Shown: positions 36,787 to 51,255 of the stretch, piece after piece
Layout: each line of letters begins with the position of its first letter
Position numbering within the stretch: position 1 is the stretch's first letter
NCBI GenBank assembly: GCA_043228905.1
Contig: JBHGNT010000012.1
Span: forward strand, 18,848,001-18,912,000
From: Azolla caroliniana
Lineage: Eukaryota > Plantae > Polypodiophyta
DNA: 64,000 nucleotides
Reading direction: 5' to 3'
Notes under the pieces: generated by a model
The model's input: the letters and a program-made list of their open reading frames with translations, nothing else
Told to the model about the DNA's origin: nothing
Database searches by the model: none
Program-made: the position numbers and the translations under genes

Positions 36787-39700
36787 TGTCAGGAATAGTG
36801 CTAAACAGAGAGAGGATTAGTACTAGAGAAGGGAGGTACTATTAGTACTAAGAGGACGGGACTGCGTAAGACTCCCGAGAGAGGAAGAAAGAAGAGGAGA
36901 GAGAGAGAGAGATGGCGAGGACGAGAGAGAGAGAGAGAGATGATGATAACAGATTATATATTATAAGAAGAGTAAGTACAAAAGGGCTATGAGGCTAAAG
37001 ACTGGCGTTGAACCAATTTGGTTCAACATAATGCCTAGTGCCCTCTTTTATAGTGTTCTCAGTAGTAATCCTGAAGCTTCTAGAATGTTCTAGAGAAATC
37101 TGGAATATACATTAATTTCCTATAATAAAATGTAAATGAAAATAATATTTTACGTATTACAATAGATGATATAATGGTCAAGAGCTCGACCCATATAACT
37201 TAAGGTCATGGGTTCAAGTCTTGCCATATCATGACACTATCCCCTCTTTAAAACGACGAGTGTCGCGAGTCGTTTTGGATGGAGGACCCGGTTTGTGTGG
37301 ATATTGACGATGGATGTCTTCAAGAAGCGCACGAGCATTGGTCACGTTCTCGATCGGTTCCCAAGTACGTTCTCTAGGACTATAGCCTAGCCAATTGACT
37401 AGATAGTACAACTTGTTACGAACAATCTTGGAATCAAGGATGGCGGCAACCTCGTACTCTGATCCATCTTCAAGCTAGATCGGGGGTGGAGGTTGTATAA
37501 TACGTCCGGGGATGGTGCTCTCATGATAGGGTTCAAGGAGAGAACTATGAAACACCGGATGTATTCGAAGTTGAGGAGGTAGATCGAAACGAAAAGCGAC
37601 ATCATTAATCTTTCCGATAATATGAAAGGGACCTAATCGCCAATAATCCAACTTCTCACATGGGCGAGTAGTCTTGATGTGTCATCGTAGGAGCCACACC
37701 CGATCTTCAATGTTAAAACTAGATGGAAGTTGATGACGATCCACGTAGACCTTGTGTGTTTGTTGAGCTTGCTGGAGATGAGTAGATAAATCTGCTTGTA
37801 TCTTGCGTAACTACTCCAAACGATCCTCCGCGCAAGGATTTGTGGACACCTCTGGGGTTTCACGTACACTCCACCGAGGGTGACGTCCCATATAAGCATA
37901 AAAGGGCGTAACTTTAGTCGATGTGTGGATAGAATTATTATAGGCAAATTCGGCGAAGTGGAGAATTTCTGCCCAGTTATCCTGATGATAGCTGAGAAAG
38001 CACCGCAAATACTGCTCTAGCGTTTGATTTGTTCGTTCGGCTTGGCCGTCGGTTTGTGGGTGGTAGCCGGAGGAGAGGTTACAAGTGACCTTGAGCATTT
38101 TAAAAAGGTGCTTCCAGAATTTTGACATGAACTGGGGTCCACGGTCGCTGACGATACTATCGGGAAGTCCATGATGCCGACATACTTCACGCATGACAAT
38201 TTCGGCGGTGTCTTCACTGGAGATTTCCTTAGTACATGGCAAGAAATGAGCCATCTTCGTATATCGATCTACCACTGTTAGAATCGCATTGAACCCCTTA
38301 GAGACTGGAAGATCTGTGATGAAGTCTAGAGCAATGGATTGCCACGACTTGTTTGGAATTGGTAATGGTTCTAATAAACCATATGGATGATGCCTTGGCA
38401 TTTTCGCTCTGCAGCATGTATCACAAGTCCGAACAAAATCTTCGACAAATTGTCGCATACGGGGCCGCCAGAATGATCGTTGTACTAAATCTAATGTTTT
38501 AGTACTACCAAAATGCCCAGCTGTATATGTGTCATGATAGTTTTGTACTACTCGAAGGCGGAAAGAACCATTAGGAACATACAAAAGTTCTTTAAAGAAG
38601 AGTAATCCATCATGGTATTTGAATTGCCGATAATCCGTACCTGGTGGTTGCGACTGTGAACATGACGCTCGAGAGGGATCAATTTGTGCTAGTATAGCTT
38701 GGGCGAAAGCATCTGTCTTCAGGTCCGCACGTATGATATTGATAACGTGGGAATCCATGGGCATGCCAAAAACCTGTGTTGCTTGCAGTCGTGCCAGTCC
38801 CAAGATTACTTGCTTTTGATTATCGAAAGTTGGCTGGCCGGGACACGGTGTTAGATACGAACGTCGTGATAATGCATCTGCCTTCCCTTGGTGCTTCCCC
38901 GGACAATATGTAATTTTGAAGTGGGCCCACCGAGCTTGACGTCGATTTAGCACACAAGCATCCTGAAAGTAGGCAAGGTTTTTATGGTCACTGAATACGG
39001 TGACTTGATGAGAGGATCCCTCTAAAAAATGCCTCCATTGCATAAACGAGTCCACTATTGCCAATAGCTCCTTATCATGAATTTCGTAGTTGATTTCGGT
39101 GGCGTCAAACTTGCGTGAGTGAAAAGCCACAGGATGTAGCTTCTCATCATTACCCCGTTGCGACAGAATGCTCCCCAATGCGAAATCCGATTCGTCAGCT
39201 TCGATAATGAATGGTTTTTCCGGATTGACATGAGCTAGGATTAGAGCCGATGTAAAAGCCTTTTTAAGACTTTCGAAAGCCATATCTGCTTCTTCAGACC
39301 AAACGAACGATTGTCCCTTCCTGGTAAGCTGTGTGAGAGGCAGAACGAGCTTTGAGTAATCTTGTATAAACTTCCGGTAAAAATTGGCAAAGCCTAAAAA
39401 GCATTGCACATCCCGCACCGAGCGCGGAGTCTACCATTCTACCACCGTCTTGACCTTAGCTGGGTCCATGGAGATGCCTTCTGATGAAATGACGTAGCCG
39501 AGAAATTCCACCTGGTTGCACCCGAAATTACATTTTTCTAGCTTTGCGTAAAGACCATGTTCTCGAAGTCCTTTTAGTACTAACAGTACGTGAGAATCAT
39601 GCTCTTCTTCGGTCTTTGAATAAACCAGTAGATCATCCAAGTAGATGATCATACACACATCCAAGAGATCTCGGAATATATCATTTGCCATGTGTTGGAA

Positions 39701-41909
39701 GACTGTTGGCGCATTAGTGAGGCTGAACGGCATGACCGTATACTCGAAGTGCCCATATCTAGTGCAGAACGTGGTCTTCCATTCATCTCCTGGTCGGATC
39801 CGTACGAGGTTATAGGCCTTGTAAGTCAATCTTTGTGAAGAACCTGGCACCATTGATCCGTTCTAAAAGACTTGAGATAAGGGGAAGTGCATACCTATTG
39901 CGGATTGTAACTTTATTCAAGCCACGGTAATCTACCACCAGACGAAGTGAGCCATCCTTTTTCTTGACGAAGAAAATGGGTGCGCCGGCTGGAGATTTCG
40001 AATGTTGAATGAATCCATTCTCCAAATTCTCCTCTATATAGGCTCGAATGACTTCTAGCTCGGTTGGTGACAAATTGTAGATCGGTCCCCATGGTGGCTC
40101 TTTCCCCGGTTGTAAATCGATGGGGCAATTATATGGTCGATGGTGAGGAAGCGTATTGGCTCGTACTTTATCGAATACATCGGCATAATGATGATACTTC
40201 TTTGGAAGCTGAATGGTGGACTCCTCTTAAATGGTGTCGGAGGGTTTTAGTGATATTGCGAAGAGAAACATTTCTTCCTTGCGTCCTTCTTCCTGCAACT
40301 AATGTAGTGAAATGGTGGCAATGTTCTGAGTAGATCCTTGGGTTTGTCGACACTGGATTTCTCTTGTTCTCCAATCTATGTTTGGGTTATGTAACTTGAA
40401 CCATGGTAATCCCAAAACGATGGGATGTTCTGGGATACTAATAATGTTAAATGATACTACACATGCTAAGTTATCTAGGACAATATTAACGGGTTCTGAC
40501 TCTTCTATGATATTTCCGGAAGCAATGGGACGACCATCAATGACGACTACATAAGCTAGACACGGGAGTTTTCTAAGAGATATCTGATGAGCTTGGGCAA
40601 AATTCCTATCCATAAAGCAAGAATTAGCTCCGGAGTATTGAAGTGCTAAGACGTGTACTGGAGGGGTAATTTTAGTACTAATTGTTACTTGGGCTACGAA
40701 TACATTGCTAACTTGCTGAGAGGAAATGGAACCACTAATGGGCTACACAAATCTAGGGTTGTCCAACCAAACGGCTCCTATTTTGGCTGGACTTAGTTGT
40801 TTAACTCCTCTTCTAACTGACTAAGGACATCAAATTTGTTCACTAGATCTAGGCTATTAGTACTATTAGTACTATCAGATATCCCTACTATAATAGGCTC
40901 GGGTTTAGTACAATTAGAACTAGCAACTATTTGGTTTACCTGTCTTCTTGGCCTATGGGGACAATTTATTGCAATGTGTCCTGGTCCACCGCAGTAGAGA
41001 CATAGTCAATTTGTTCGGCGTCGCTGCTTTTCTTCTTCCGATAATGGCCCTCGATGACGTGTAGTGTCAATCTCCATCGGAGTTGGAGTATTCACTGGAG
41101 GCACATTATAGTACTCCCTCGGTAAAGTTTTTGCTACCATTGAGGCGTAGGTGGGCTCTGATCTTGCCCTCGACATCTGTAGTTGTCGTTCCGAACGTCG
41201 CTCAAAGAGGCGGTTGTCACATCTCACCGCGCAACTGATTGCTTCTATTAAGGACTTTGGCTCTTCAGGGAAAGTCAAGAGTAAATCCTTGACATCGTTG
41301 TGTAAACCATAACAAAATTGCTCCATCAACACTTGATCATCCCAAGGGATGTCAGCGGCGAGTACGCGGAAATCTGCACCGTATGCGGAGGCTGGACGGT
41401 CTCCTTGGCTTAATCACCGGATTTTGTTGATTGCGGTCCTTATGCTGTCATTATCCCCAAAGCATGCTTTAAACTCACCTATAAACTCTTCAAAGTTGTT
41501 GAGTAATGGAGACTCCTTTTCCAACAGTGGAGCGAACCATGCCAACGCTGAGCATATCTCTCTCTCTCGTCCTCACTATCTCTCTCTCTCCTCTTCTCTC
41601 TTCCTCTCTCGGGAGTCTTACACAGTCCCGTCCTCTTAGTACTAATAGTACCTCCCTTCTCTAGTACTAATCCTCTCTCTGTTTAGTACTATTCCTGACA
41701 GTTAGAACCAATTTGGTTCAACATAATGCCTAGTGCCCTCTTTTATAGAGTTCTCAGGAGTAATCCTGAAGCTTCTAGAATGTTCTAGAGAAATCTAGAA
41801 TATACATTAATTTCCTATAATAAAATGTAATGAAAATAATATCCTATGTATTACAATAGATGATATAATGGTCAAGAGATCGACCCATATAACCTAAGGT
41901 CATGGGTTT
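36787..41909 (-). mobile_element. Degenerate Tcn1-like chromovirus with rearranged 5' LTR
   Basis: 3' LTR 36787-37236, adjacent PPT, pol ~37229-40800, gag ~40793-41554, then inverted U5 ~41555-41700 joined to U3 41715-41909. Confidence 0.92.
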
Positions 41910-41919
41910 AGGGTTTGTG

Positions 41920-42846
41920 CGGAATAGTGCTCGGCCACAACCAAGTCTGAAACACTCAATGGAAGTGTTGAGTGGCAAGCTCAATTAGAGCCAGTGAGCG
42001 AGACGGATCGGTGAGCACCCGGTGAGCAAAAGAGCCGGTGAGCTGGGGAGCCAGTTAGCCGGATCCATCAATAATTGGAAGCCTAGTAGCAGCTAGACTA
42101 CTGGGGAGTTATTACTCTCGTAGTTAGTGTCAGACGCTCGAGTGAGCATTGAAGTACACCGTACTTCTGTCAGCCCGTATGGACCTGTATAAAAGTGTTC
42201 GCTGAACACATACGATGTATAGAGCGTTGATATAATTTTTGAATAGAGATTCTTGTTCTTGCTCTCTGTCTCTCCCGCGTACTGTTAAGCTCTCCATTAA
42301 ACCTGTTCTTTGTTTTCTGTTTTTTTATTGCTTCCGCACACTATTTGTTTTTATAGGAAGAAACAAAACAGAAATGAAGATTGATGCACTTACACAAAAT
42401 GAGACGACTCTGGATGTTAACGTGGAAAACCCTAATAAATAAAAACCGCAGGAGCCCACAGACTCCAACTATCACTATGAGAGGAATAGTACAATGCGAG
42501 GCTCCGAGGCAACAACCTCGAGCTCTATGTCTTCACCAACCAACGATTACAACAGAAAAGCTTTCTGTGTCTCTCTCACTCTCTATCTCTCTCTCGATGT
42601 CTATACAACAATAATAATTACAACAACCTTATGAACACTATTGCCCTAGTTATATTTATACTCATATAACTTTAGGGTTATTTACAAATATGACCTCAAT
42701 AGTCACCTTTGAACATATTTACTAATATGTTCCTACATGCTGGTTCATACCGGATCCGGCTGGACTCCTTCCGGATACCTTCAGCTTCCATCCAATCCAA
42801 TTCCTTCCTTCAACTCGTCCAATCCGGAGGGACCTCTTTCCCAACA
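41920..42846. mobile_element. LTR fragments from two families
   Basis: ~41940-42290 resembles ~51475-51870. ~42360-42846 resembles the 13102 copia LTR family (CGTGGAAAACCCTAA; ends CCGGAGGGAC...CCCAACA). Confidence 0.6.
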
Positions 42847-45800
42847 CAGACGTTGTGCATCGGTTCATGAGGTATACAATAGTGTTTGCCGCTTTGGTCC
42901 AATAGGATTTCGGTAGGTTTTTCTCGTTCATCATGGCCCTTGCTACCTTGAGGATGTGTCAATTCTTCCGTTCGGCTACTGCATTCTGTTGAGGTGTGCA
43001 TTGGCAGGTAAACTCCCGCCGAATTCCTTCTTGTCAAAGGTATGTTGTGATGGTGTCAGAAGTATTCTTTACCTCTATCCAACTGTAGACTTCTTACCGT
43101 TGAGGATACTACCGGCCACAACCGCTTGTCATGTGTGCAAAGATTGTAATCACAGAAGACGAATAGACAAAGAATATAGAGACAAAAGTATTTTACGTGG
43201 AAAACCCTAAAAGGGAAAAACCACGGGAGTCCACCAACTCCAAAATGTCACTATATGCAGGAGGAATACAAATAAGAAACTCTAATGCAACTACCTTGAG
43301 TTCTTTTTTGTCAAACGACAGTTACAACAAAGTTACTACACTCTCTCACTCTCCTACACACTCTTGGTTACAGAGACAACTACCAACAACAACTATGCAT
43401 CATCATCAATGATTTTCCCTAGTTGTATTTATACTAATACAACTTTAGGACTATTTGCAATTCTAGCCCAAATAGGCGCAACAAAACCTATTTACAAATA
43501 TGACCTTTTTCAGATGCCTATTCGGATGCCAAGCCAGATCTAGATTTGGTCTCGTTTTTTCACCAGATTCAACTTATTCGGCTCATTCTCCTTCATATAG
43601 TCGGTTCCTCGGACTATAGTCCAATTCGGTCTCGCCTTCCCATCCGGAGGGACTTGTTTCCTAACAAACTCCCCCTTCACTCCAGCACGGGGTGCTTCGT
43701 CAATTTGACCCGTCTCTAGCATGTGTCTAGGTTCTCTGCCGACAACACCTTCGTCAACATGTCTGATTCGCTCTCCGATGTGTGGATCTTCATCAGAGAA
43801 AAGTCCTTCTCTTTTACCCTCTCCAGAGCCAATGATATCTCCTCTAGACGTGCTTGGTCCTAGAATGGTAGGCGACATTCTTCGCAAGGTTGATGGCATT
43901 TTGGTTGTCGTAGTAGAGTTAGAATTTTTCTTGCCGAATCCCCAACTCTCTGATGAACTCCATCCAGATTATCTCCTTGGCAGGTTCTGTTGCGGCCATA
44001 TACTCTGCTTCTGTGGTTGACAACACCATGACTTTCTGCAACCTCGATTTCCACAAGACAACTCCCCCTACATATGTCATTACATATCCGGACGTGGATC
44101 GACTGTTATCCACATCAGCCGACATGTGCGAATAAGTAAAACCTTCTACGGTGGGGTTACCTGAGCCGAATCAAAGGCACACGCTTGAGGTGCCTCTCAA
44201 TTACCGAAGTATCCACTTCACTACAACCCAATGCTCTTTGCTCGGATTGCTCATGAACCGGTCGACGACTTTGACCACATATCTGATGTCCGGCCTGGTA
44301 CATACTATCGCATACATCAAGCTTCCGACCGTCGAGGCATAGGGAACCTTCATCATCTCAACCTTCTCCATCTTTGTCTTCGGACATTGTCTCCCGGATA
44401 ACTTGCTATTGGTCGGTAGTGTCAAGCCGACCGGCTTTGGGCTTTCCATGTTGAACCTCTGGAGCACTCACGGACAACCACAATAATCTTTGTCCAGTCC
44501 CAAACAATGTCCATTTCCAGGATCTGTCTTGCTGGACCCATATCCTTCATCTAGAATGACCTGCTCAATGCTTTCTTCAGCATTCCGATCTTGATATGGT
44601 CTCGTCCGACCATCAGCAGGGTGTCCACATATAGCAAGAGGATGAGGAAATCTCCTTCCCTGAACTTCTTCACGGATACACAGTGATCGGCCTGTGTCTT
44701 GTGGTACCCTTGGTTGTCCATGAAATGATTCAAACTTTTGGTACCGTTGTCGGGGAGCCTGCTTCCGTCCGTAAAGGCTCTTCCTCAATTGTCATACCAA
44801 GTTCTCCTTCCCCTTCTCGACGAATCCTTCTAGTTGTTCCATGTATATCTTCTCTTCAAGATCACCATGCAGAAAGGCCGTCTTGACATCCAAGTGTTGA
44901 GCCGATCGGCTTTGGGCTTTCCATGTTGAACCTTTGGAGCACTCCCGGACAACCACAATAATCTCTTTGTCCGGTCCCAAACAATGTCCATTCCTAGGAT
45001 CTGTCTTGCTGGACCCATATCCTTCATTGAGAATGACATGCTCAAGGCCTTCTTCAGCATTCCGATCTTGATATGGTCCCGTCCGACCATCATCATGACA
45101 TCCATGTATAGAAAGAGGACGAAGAAATCTCCTTCACGGAACTTCTTCACGGATACGCAATGATCGACCTACGTCTTGTGGTACCCTTGGTCATCCATGA
45201 AAGATTCAAAATTTCGGTACCATTGCCGGGGAGCCTGCTTCCATTCGTAAAGGCTCTTCCTCAATCGTCATACCAAGTTCTCCTTCCCCTTCTCGACGAA
45301 TCCTTCTGGTTGTTGCATGTATATCTCCTCTTGAAGATCACCATGCAGAATGGCCGTCTTGACATCCAATTGCTCCAATTCAAGGTCCATGTTGGCTGTT
45401 ATGTTCAACACCATTCGGATGGATGTCATCTTCACCACCGGGGCTCTGGATTTGACCCTGTGTCCGGATCCGGTTTCTAGCTGGCCTTTGACTGATCTGA
45501 CTCCTTGTCCGGATTCAGTCAGCTCCCCTTGTTCTTTAGTCTGTGTTCAACTTTCGACTGATTGGGAGGATGCACTAGTCTTCTCCTTCTCCTAGTCAAC
45601 AATAGTCTTCTCCTCCATGAAGACTATATGTTTACTCCGGATCACCTTCTTCTCGGCTAATTCCCAAAGCCGGTAACCGAACTCATCGTCTTCATATCTT
45701 AGAAATATGCATGACCGTCTCTTCGGGTCCAATTTCCTCCTTTGATCCTTTGCAACATGCATGTAGGTAAGAAAATCTAACACCCTTAGATGTCGGTATG

Positions 45801-45860
45801 ACACGTCTTTGCCAATTCGCACTCTTTGTGAAACATCCCCGTCTAAGGGTACTGAGTGTC
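42847..45860 (-). mobile_element. Copia debris: integrase fragment, then 3' LTR (to 43666), PPT and degenerate RT/RNase H with an internal duplication
   Basis: NLPKSYW..AANTIVYLMNR; LTR end CCTAACA followed by AACTCCCCCTT; STTEAEY. An RT segment is repeated at ~44430-44890 and ~44900-45365. Confidence 0.8.
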
Positions 45861-46810
45861 GTGACTCATGAGTAGAAGAGAGAGAGAGAGAGAGATAAGA
45901 CAAGAAATGGAAATCAGATTATATTAAGAGAAAACAAGGTTACAAAGAGTAGGCTAAGAGCTAAAGGCTGGTGTTGAATTGAATGAGTTGTGATGAAGAC
46001 ACCTATTTATAGATCCTTATGGAGTATTCTTGAATGTTCTAGAATATTTCAGATATTTATGATAATAAATATAATAATGAAATATTCAAGAATGTTCTAG
46101 AATATTCTAAATATCTTGTAATAACGAAAAATATAATGATTATAATTACACATCATATATGGTATACAATGGTTAAAGATTCAACACATAGAACAAGAAG
46201 TTGTGGGTTCGACTCTTGATAAGCCGAAATGTATGTCTTCATGACATTATCCCCTCTTTTCGATGATGATTTCCACGAGTTGGAAGACAAGGGTTCGGAC
46301 TTGGTCACCAATATCGGCGAGAAATCAACCCAAAAGTCTTGTGGATGCCGAAATGTCCAGCCATTGGTGTGTCATGACATTGTTGCACGACTTCGAGTCG
46401 AGAAGGACCATCAGACACATACAAGAGAGTTTGTCGAAAAAGTAAACCATCATGCCAACTGAACTGGGTGTAGTCTAAACGAGGATTTTGAGATTCGGAG
46501 TTGGAATCACGATCTAGGATAATATGGCTCAAAATCTCTTAGGCGAATGCATCGGTTGCAATATGCTCCAGAATGGAATCAAGAAGCCTTGAATCTCCTA
46601 GTGTGTTGATAGTATTCATTGCCATTAGTCGTAGACGATCAAGACCTAAGAGGATTTGCTTCTGACTTTCAAATGCGATCTCTCCTGGTTGAAGTTCCAT
46701 ATACGAACGTCGAGATAAAGAATATGCTTTTCCTTGTTGCACCCTAGGGTGATATAGAATTACGAAATCAAAACAAGTTAAGAATTGTGCCCAACGAGCT
46801 TGTCGACAAT
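45860..46810 (-). mobile_element. Older chromovirus fragment (partial 3' LTR to 46246, PPT, internally deleted pol)
   Basis: ...ATGACA-TTATCCCCTCTTTT junction; QQGKAYSLSRRSY and CHDTPMAGHFG motifs. Confidence 0.75.
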
Positions 46811-47464
46811 TCGCTTCAATATACTAATAAGAAAAGAATACAATACTCTTATACTCTAAGAGTAACAAAAACCAAATAACTACTTAAATATAATATTAGA
46901 CAAAAAAGTATTTCCTTCTTCACCCTTTCTTCTACTAAGCTTCTTATAACCCTCTCATTCTTTCTCCCTTCTTCTTGTAGATAATCTATCCTCCCCCCTG
47001 TTGCTAAGAATACCCTCATATTTATAGGTTTCTAGTTGTGTTATTCTTGCTTTTTTCTTTTCTTTTCTTTTACATATGCTCGAGTTTATGTGATTCATTT
47101 TTCATATCATTATTTCTATTTTATGTTTCTAAATTTATCATAAATAAAGATCTCTTTGTTAGCTTTCTTATGAATCTTTTTTTTTGAATTTGGATAAGAG
47201 ATGCAGAAGTTATGAGCTTTTTTCTCTGCCCTGCTTTCTCTGCCTTATTATGCGTTTTTTTCCTTCTATCTTTTCTCTTGCTTTTTCTACTTTTGAAAAA
47301 CGCCTCTAACTTCATATCCCTTCAATTTTCTTCTTCTCTTAACTCTTGAGCCTTTCACATTGGCTTTATTCTTATAGAGCTTAGTATTTGATGTATTTTC
47401 CACGGTCTTTTCTTACAGCAAAAATTGACTTCACAGATAGGTTCAAAAAACCTACCAAACCCAG

Positions 47465-48761
47465 GTGGTGAACTATGAAGTGCAGGCTCAAGCTACCGCC
47501 ACCATGATTAAGAAGCTAAAGGAGGACAAGCAAGTTACGAAGGAAAAGACAAAGCTCGGAGTGGGCCGGATCTGGGCAATGATGAAGGCATGGAAAGACC
47601 GTACAAAGACGAATATCGATGACAACTCGGTGGGTTGGTGGAGTCAATGGTCGCAACAAGCGGCGGAATTACAAGTCCTCCGAGTAGATGCAGAAAACGG
47701 AAGAAGGCCGATGACAACTTTTACAAGATGGATGATGAAAGTATTATCACCATCCGGGAGGAGTTGGCAGGCGACTTCTTTTCCTTGGTCGGAGCTCAAC
47801 TCGAAGCCGTCCAGAGGCTGATTGAAAGACTTGATGATGATCAGCTCGGAACACAACTTTAGCTTGAGCAATTCAAATGGGAGCACCAGAGGCTGGAAGT
47901 AGAACAACGAATGGCGGCGATAAATATAAGTAATGAGGAGCAGACTGTGGAACTACAACTACAACAGGCGGAGCTGTCAAATAAAGCCGAAGGTGAACAA
48001 CCAAGGGGAGCCGGTGCAAACCAGAACAAAGTGATCGGATCAAAGCAGCGAGCTGGAATCAGAAACAAAGAGAATGTTGAAACTGACGCAAGAACGGGGA
48101 TGCCTTAGTCGAAAGAAGTCGGAAAGCAACAACAGGCGCAACAGGAACAACAACAACCAGAAGAGCAACAACAGAACGAAGAACCTCTCGAACCTCTAGA
48201 CCAAAGCATATTGGACATACTCGACGAGGATTGACGGGCTACCCTATGGGTTCGACGTACAATGTACTGTCCCACAGGTGTGCCATGTGTTGGCCAATGG
48301 CCGGAGTATGAAAGACAAGTGGGGGGCGAGTCAAAAGTGGAATTTAAGTTATTACTATTAGTTATTAATTAGCAAGAATTAAAATAGGCACGGACGGATC
48401 CGGAAGAGTTGCATTGATCCAGATCCGGACTGTTTCATAATTGGTTGCCGATAGGGCACCATTTTGTAAACCGAACCGGATGCCTATAAAAGGATCCGAA
48501 GAACAATGTATTACGGGACATAATTAAAATAAGTGAAGTTGTCTTTAAGATTATTGTGTATCCACTTACTTTCCATTCTGTGCTTACTGTCTTATCTTAT
48601 GCGTGTAATCAATTCGTGTATGTGGTTAATCCGAAACCGATCCAAAATTAGTCGGATAAGGTTATAATTGTGTCGAAAGCCTTAACCCTGTAACCACCCC
48701 TTTGGCGATGTGATCCGGAAGGACACCTTGTGTTAGTGGCTAGTCTGGCCCAAGATTAACA
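47465..48761 (+). mobile_element. Ty3/gypsy extra-ORF family, copy C (3' fragment: ORF tail to 48234, motif 48246-48287, LTR 48288-48761)
   Basis: FYKMDDESI and SILDILDED*; ATGGGTTCGA-CGTACAATGTACT-GTCCCACAGGTGTGCCA-TG-TGTTG; LTR similar to the copy D LTR. Confidence 0.85.
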
Positions 48762-50175
48762 GTACTGTCAATTTGCATCGGAGTTGGCATGATAACATCA
48801 TCACCAGTGGTCTCTCTAATTGTGTCCACATGAAAGATGGTAGCCCTAGAGCCCAAACCACTGATGCATACATGAGGGAGGGGGTCACTAATGAGTCAAA
48901 GAGCCACCCCTTAGTTCATGGCTCTTGAAAGTATGTGTGGTGGCATTGTCTCTCTAAGAGTGAGAGGGATGCATGTCCTCTCGTAAGTCTATCCTTCGTT
49001 GGCTGTGTCATAGAAAATTTACTTGAGCAGGCATTGAAAGTGACTCCTCGATATACATATGATCCAACTACCTCAACTGGGCTATGGGAAATGGTTAGGT
49101 GACACTTAGTTCTAACTTGAGCCTATGTGTGGAATATAAGGATTTTAGTTTTCCCTAGGTTCACTACCAATCCTTGTTGTGTGCAAAAGTCATCTAACGC
49201 ATTTAGGTGCCTTTGTAGGTCATGTTCGGACTTAGAGAGCAAAACTATGTCATCTGTGTAAAGCAAGATACGAACCTACGTACCCCCAAGGACTACTCCG
49301 TTGCCTCTCTTATGAGCAATAAAATACGTGATCTCATCAATGTAGATCCCAAAAAGAGTCACTGATAGGGGCCAACCTTGTTTTACACTAATAGTGTTAG
49401 TGAAGCAGTTGGATAGGCCACCTGTGCATCATACGCACCTGGAGACTTGCTCATATAGTGCATAAATGGCCCAAATCATGTCATCTGGTATCTTCAAGAT
49501 TTTAAGGCTATCAAACAACCGCTCTCTAGGGACTATGTCAAAGGCTTTGCGGAAGTCCACAAAACAACAATATAATTTCTGCTTGTGAGCCTTTGTCTAG
49601 TCAATTAAGCATCTAAGCATGAAGATATGATCAATAGTGTTGAGATGGGGCTCTAGATTTGTGAGAAAGATAGATTGAAATGCATTGTACCCGGAAACAG
49701 AAAATAACAAGTCAAAAGAGAATACACAGTACATACAATTTTACATACAAATCCTAAAACAAGGAAAAATCACGGGGCAACAAATTTCCACTATATCAGA
49801 GATATAGAAAAAGATTGTAACTCTTCACCTCTCTATTACATAATTTATGTTCTTAATTCACTAGATGCCATTGTGGAATGTAAGGGTTGAACCCATGACC
49901 TCCTGGTCTCTATTGGGCAACCTTACCAACTGAGCTACATCCATCTGGGGCCCCCTCCCTCCCTCTTTTATTATCGTAATTACCTTACCCTAGTGGTAAG
50001 TTGTTAACACTACAAGCATTACGTCATGGGTTCGAACCCAATTTCCTCACTTCTCTATTATATACTTCATATATATCTCTTAATTCACTAGATGCCACTG
50101 TGGAATGTAGGGGTTGAACCCATGACCACCTGGTCTCCATTGGGCAACCTTACCAACAAAGCTACATCCATCTAG

Positions 50176-50222
<47 letters not shown>

Positions 50223-51255
50223 TTTCTGCTATACACACTTCTGCTCTGCAACAAAAACTCTATGCACATTATCACACACATAATGGTTGCCCTAGGTGTA
50301 TTTATACTCATACACAGTATGGGCTATTTACAAATGTAGCTGTCATTATTATTATATATAATATATATAATAATTAATTGGCCCGACTTGGCGGCCTTGT
50401 CTTCGACCATCCAGTCGGCCCGTCATGTCGGCCTTGCCTTCGACCATCCCGTCGACCCGACTTAGAGCATCCATCCAATGTAGTCGACTACTATAGTCTA
50501 CTCTCTATCTCCTTCAGCCCAATCGACTCATTGGTCGATCCGACCGACCATCCTGTAGTCGGCTTGTCGATCTGCCGACTTCTTCCTTCTCTTCGACTGT
50601 TGACTTCTCCCATAGGAGGGACAAATTCCTAAAAAATAATAGAGGAGGCTCGTCTAAAGCTAGCTTGTTCAAGTGGTCGAAGATTTAAGGTCTCCATATA
50701 ATCGCTAAGCTCTGCTTCTATTATTGCACCATATAATTTAGCGAGTGTATGACCTATCATAATGGTCCTATATGTATTTGGCTCCATGGGGTCTCCTCCT
50801 TTATGTATGGGCGCCACTATGTTCATAGTCCACTATGGTGGAAGCCCCTCAGCGAGGGGACAATTGAATATTAGAGTTAGAAAGGGAGCTAGGCACTCTC
50901 GCGCATATATGATGTGTTTTGCTTGCAATCCTATGTGGTCCATGGACTTCCTATGTTGTAATTTCTTTATGACCTTCGTGACCCTAAAGGTCGTGAAAAG
51001 TGTCCCCATGGTAGGTCGAGGCGTAGAAGGCATTGGAATGGGTGGCTGGTTTGGGACTTGGTAAAGTCTCTTTGTATCTGTGTGCCAAGTGTTAGGATCC
51101 TCGATGGGTGTTTGGGGTCTTGGTTCCCGTAGTCTCTTCCATGCAGTGGCACAATTGCTACTCATGAGCATATGGTAGAGTTCCCAATATTGGGATGCCT
51201 CGCACGCTCGTCTCTTACGACGTGTCATCTTGCGCATTTCTTTGCGAGCTTGTAC
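48762..51255 (-). pseudogene. Non-LTR retrotransposon (RTE-like LINE) reverse transcriptase remnant, split by a solo LTR
   Basis: PIHKGGD...NTYRTI...QASFRR, TIDHIF, CFVDFRKAFD and VKQGWPLS motifs. Confidence 0.82.
49638..50637 (-). mobile_element. Copia-type solo LTR containing tRNA/SINE-like repeats
   Basis: TSD AATAG (49633-49637, 50638-50642); starts TGTTGAG; right end GGAGGGAC..TTCCTA resembles the other copia LTRs but is degenerate. Confidence 0.72.

Noticed and set aside
41903-41917. GGGTTTAGGGTTT telomere-like junction
   Set aside because: Fewer than two full units, which is compatible with chance.
46820-47460. AT-rich stretch with a short Lys-rich ORF
   Set aside because: Low complexity with no motif or termini; left unassigned.
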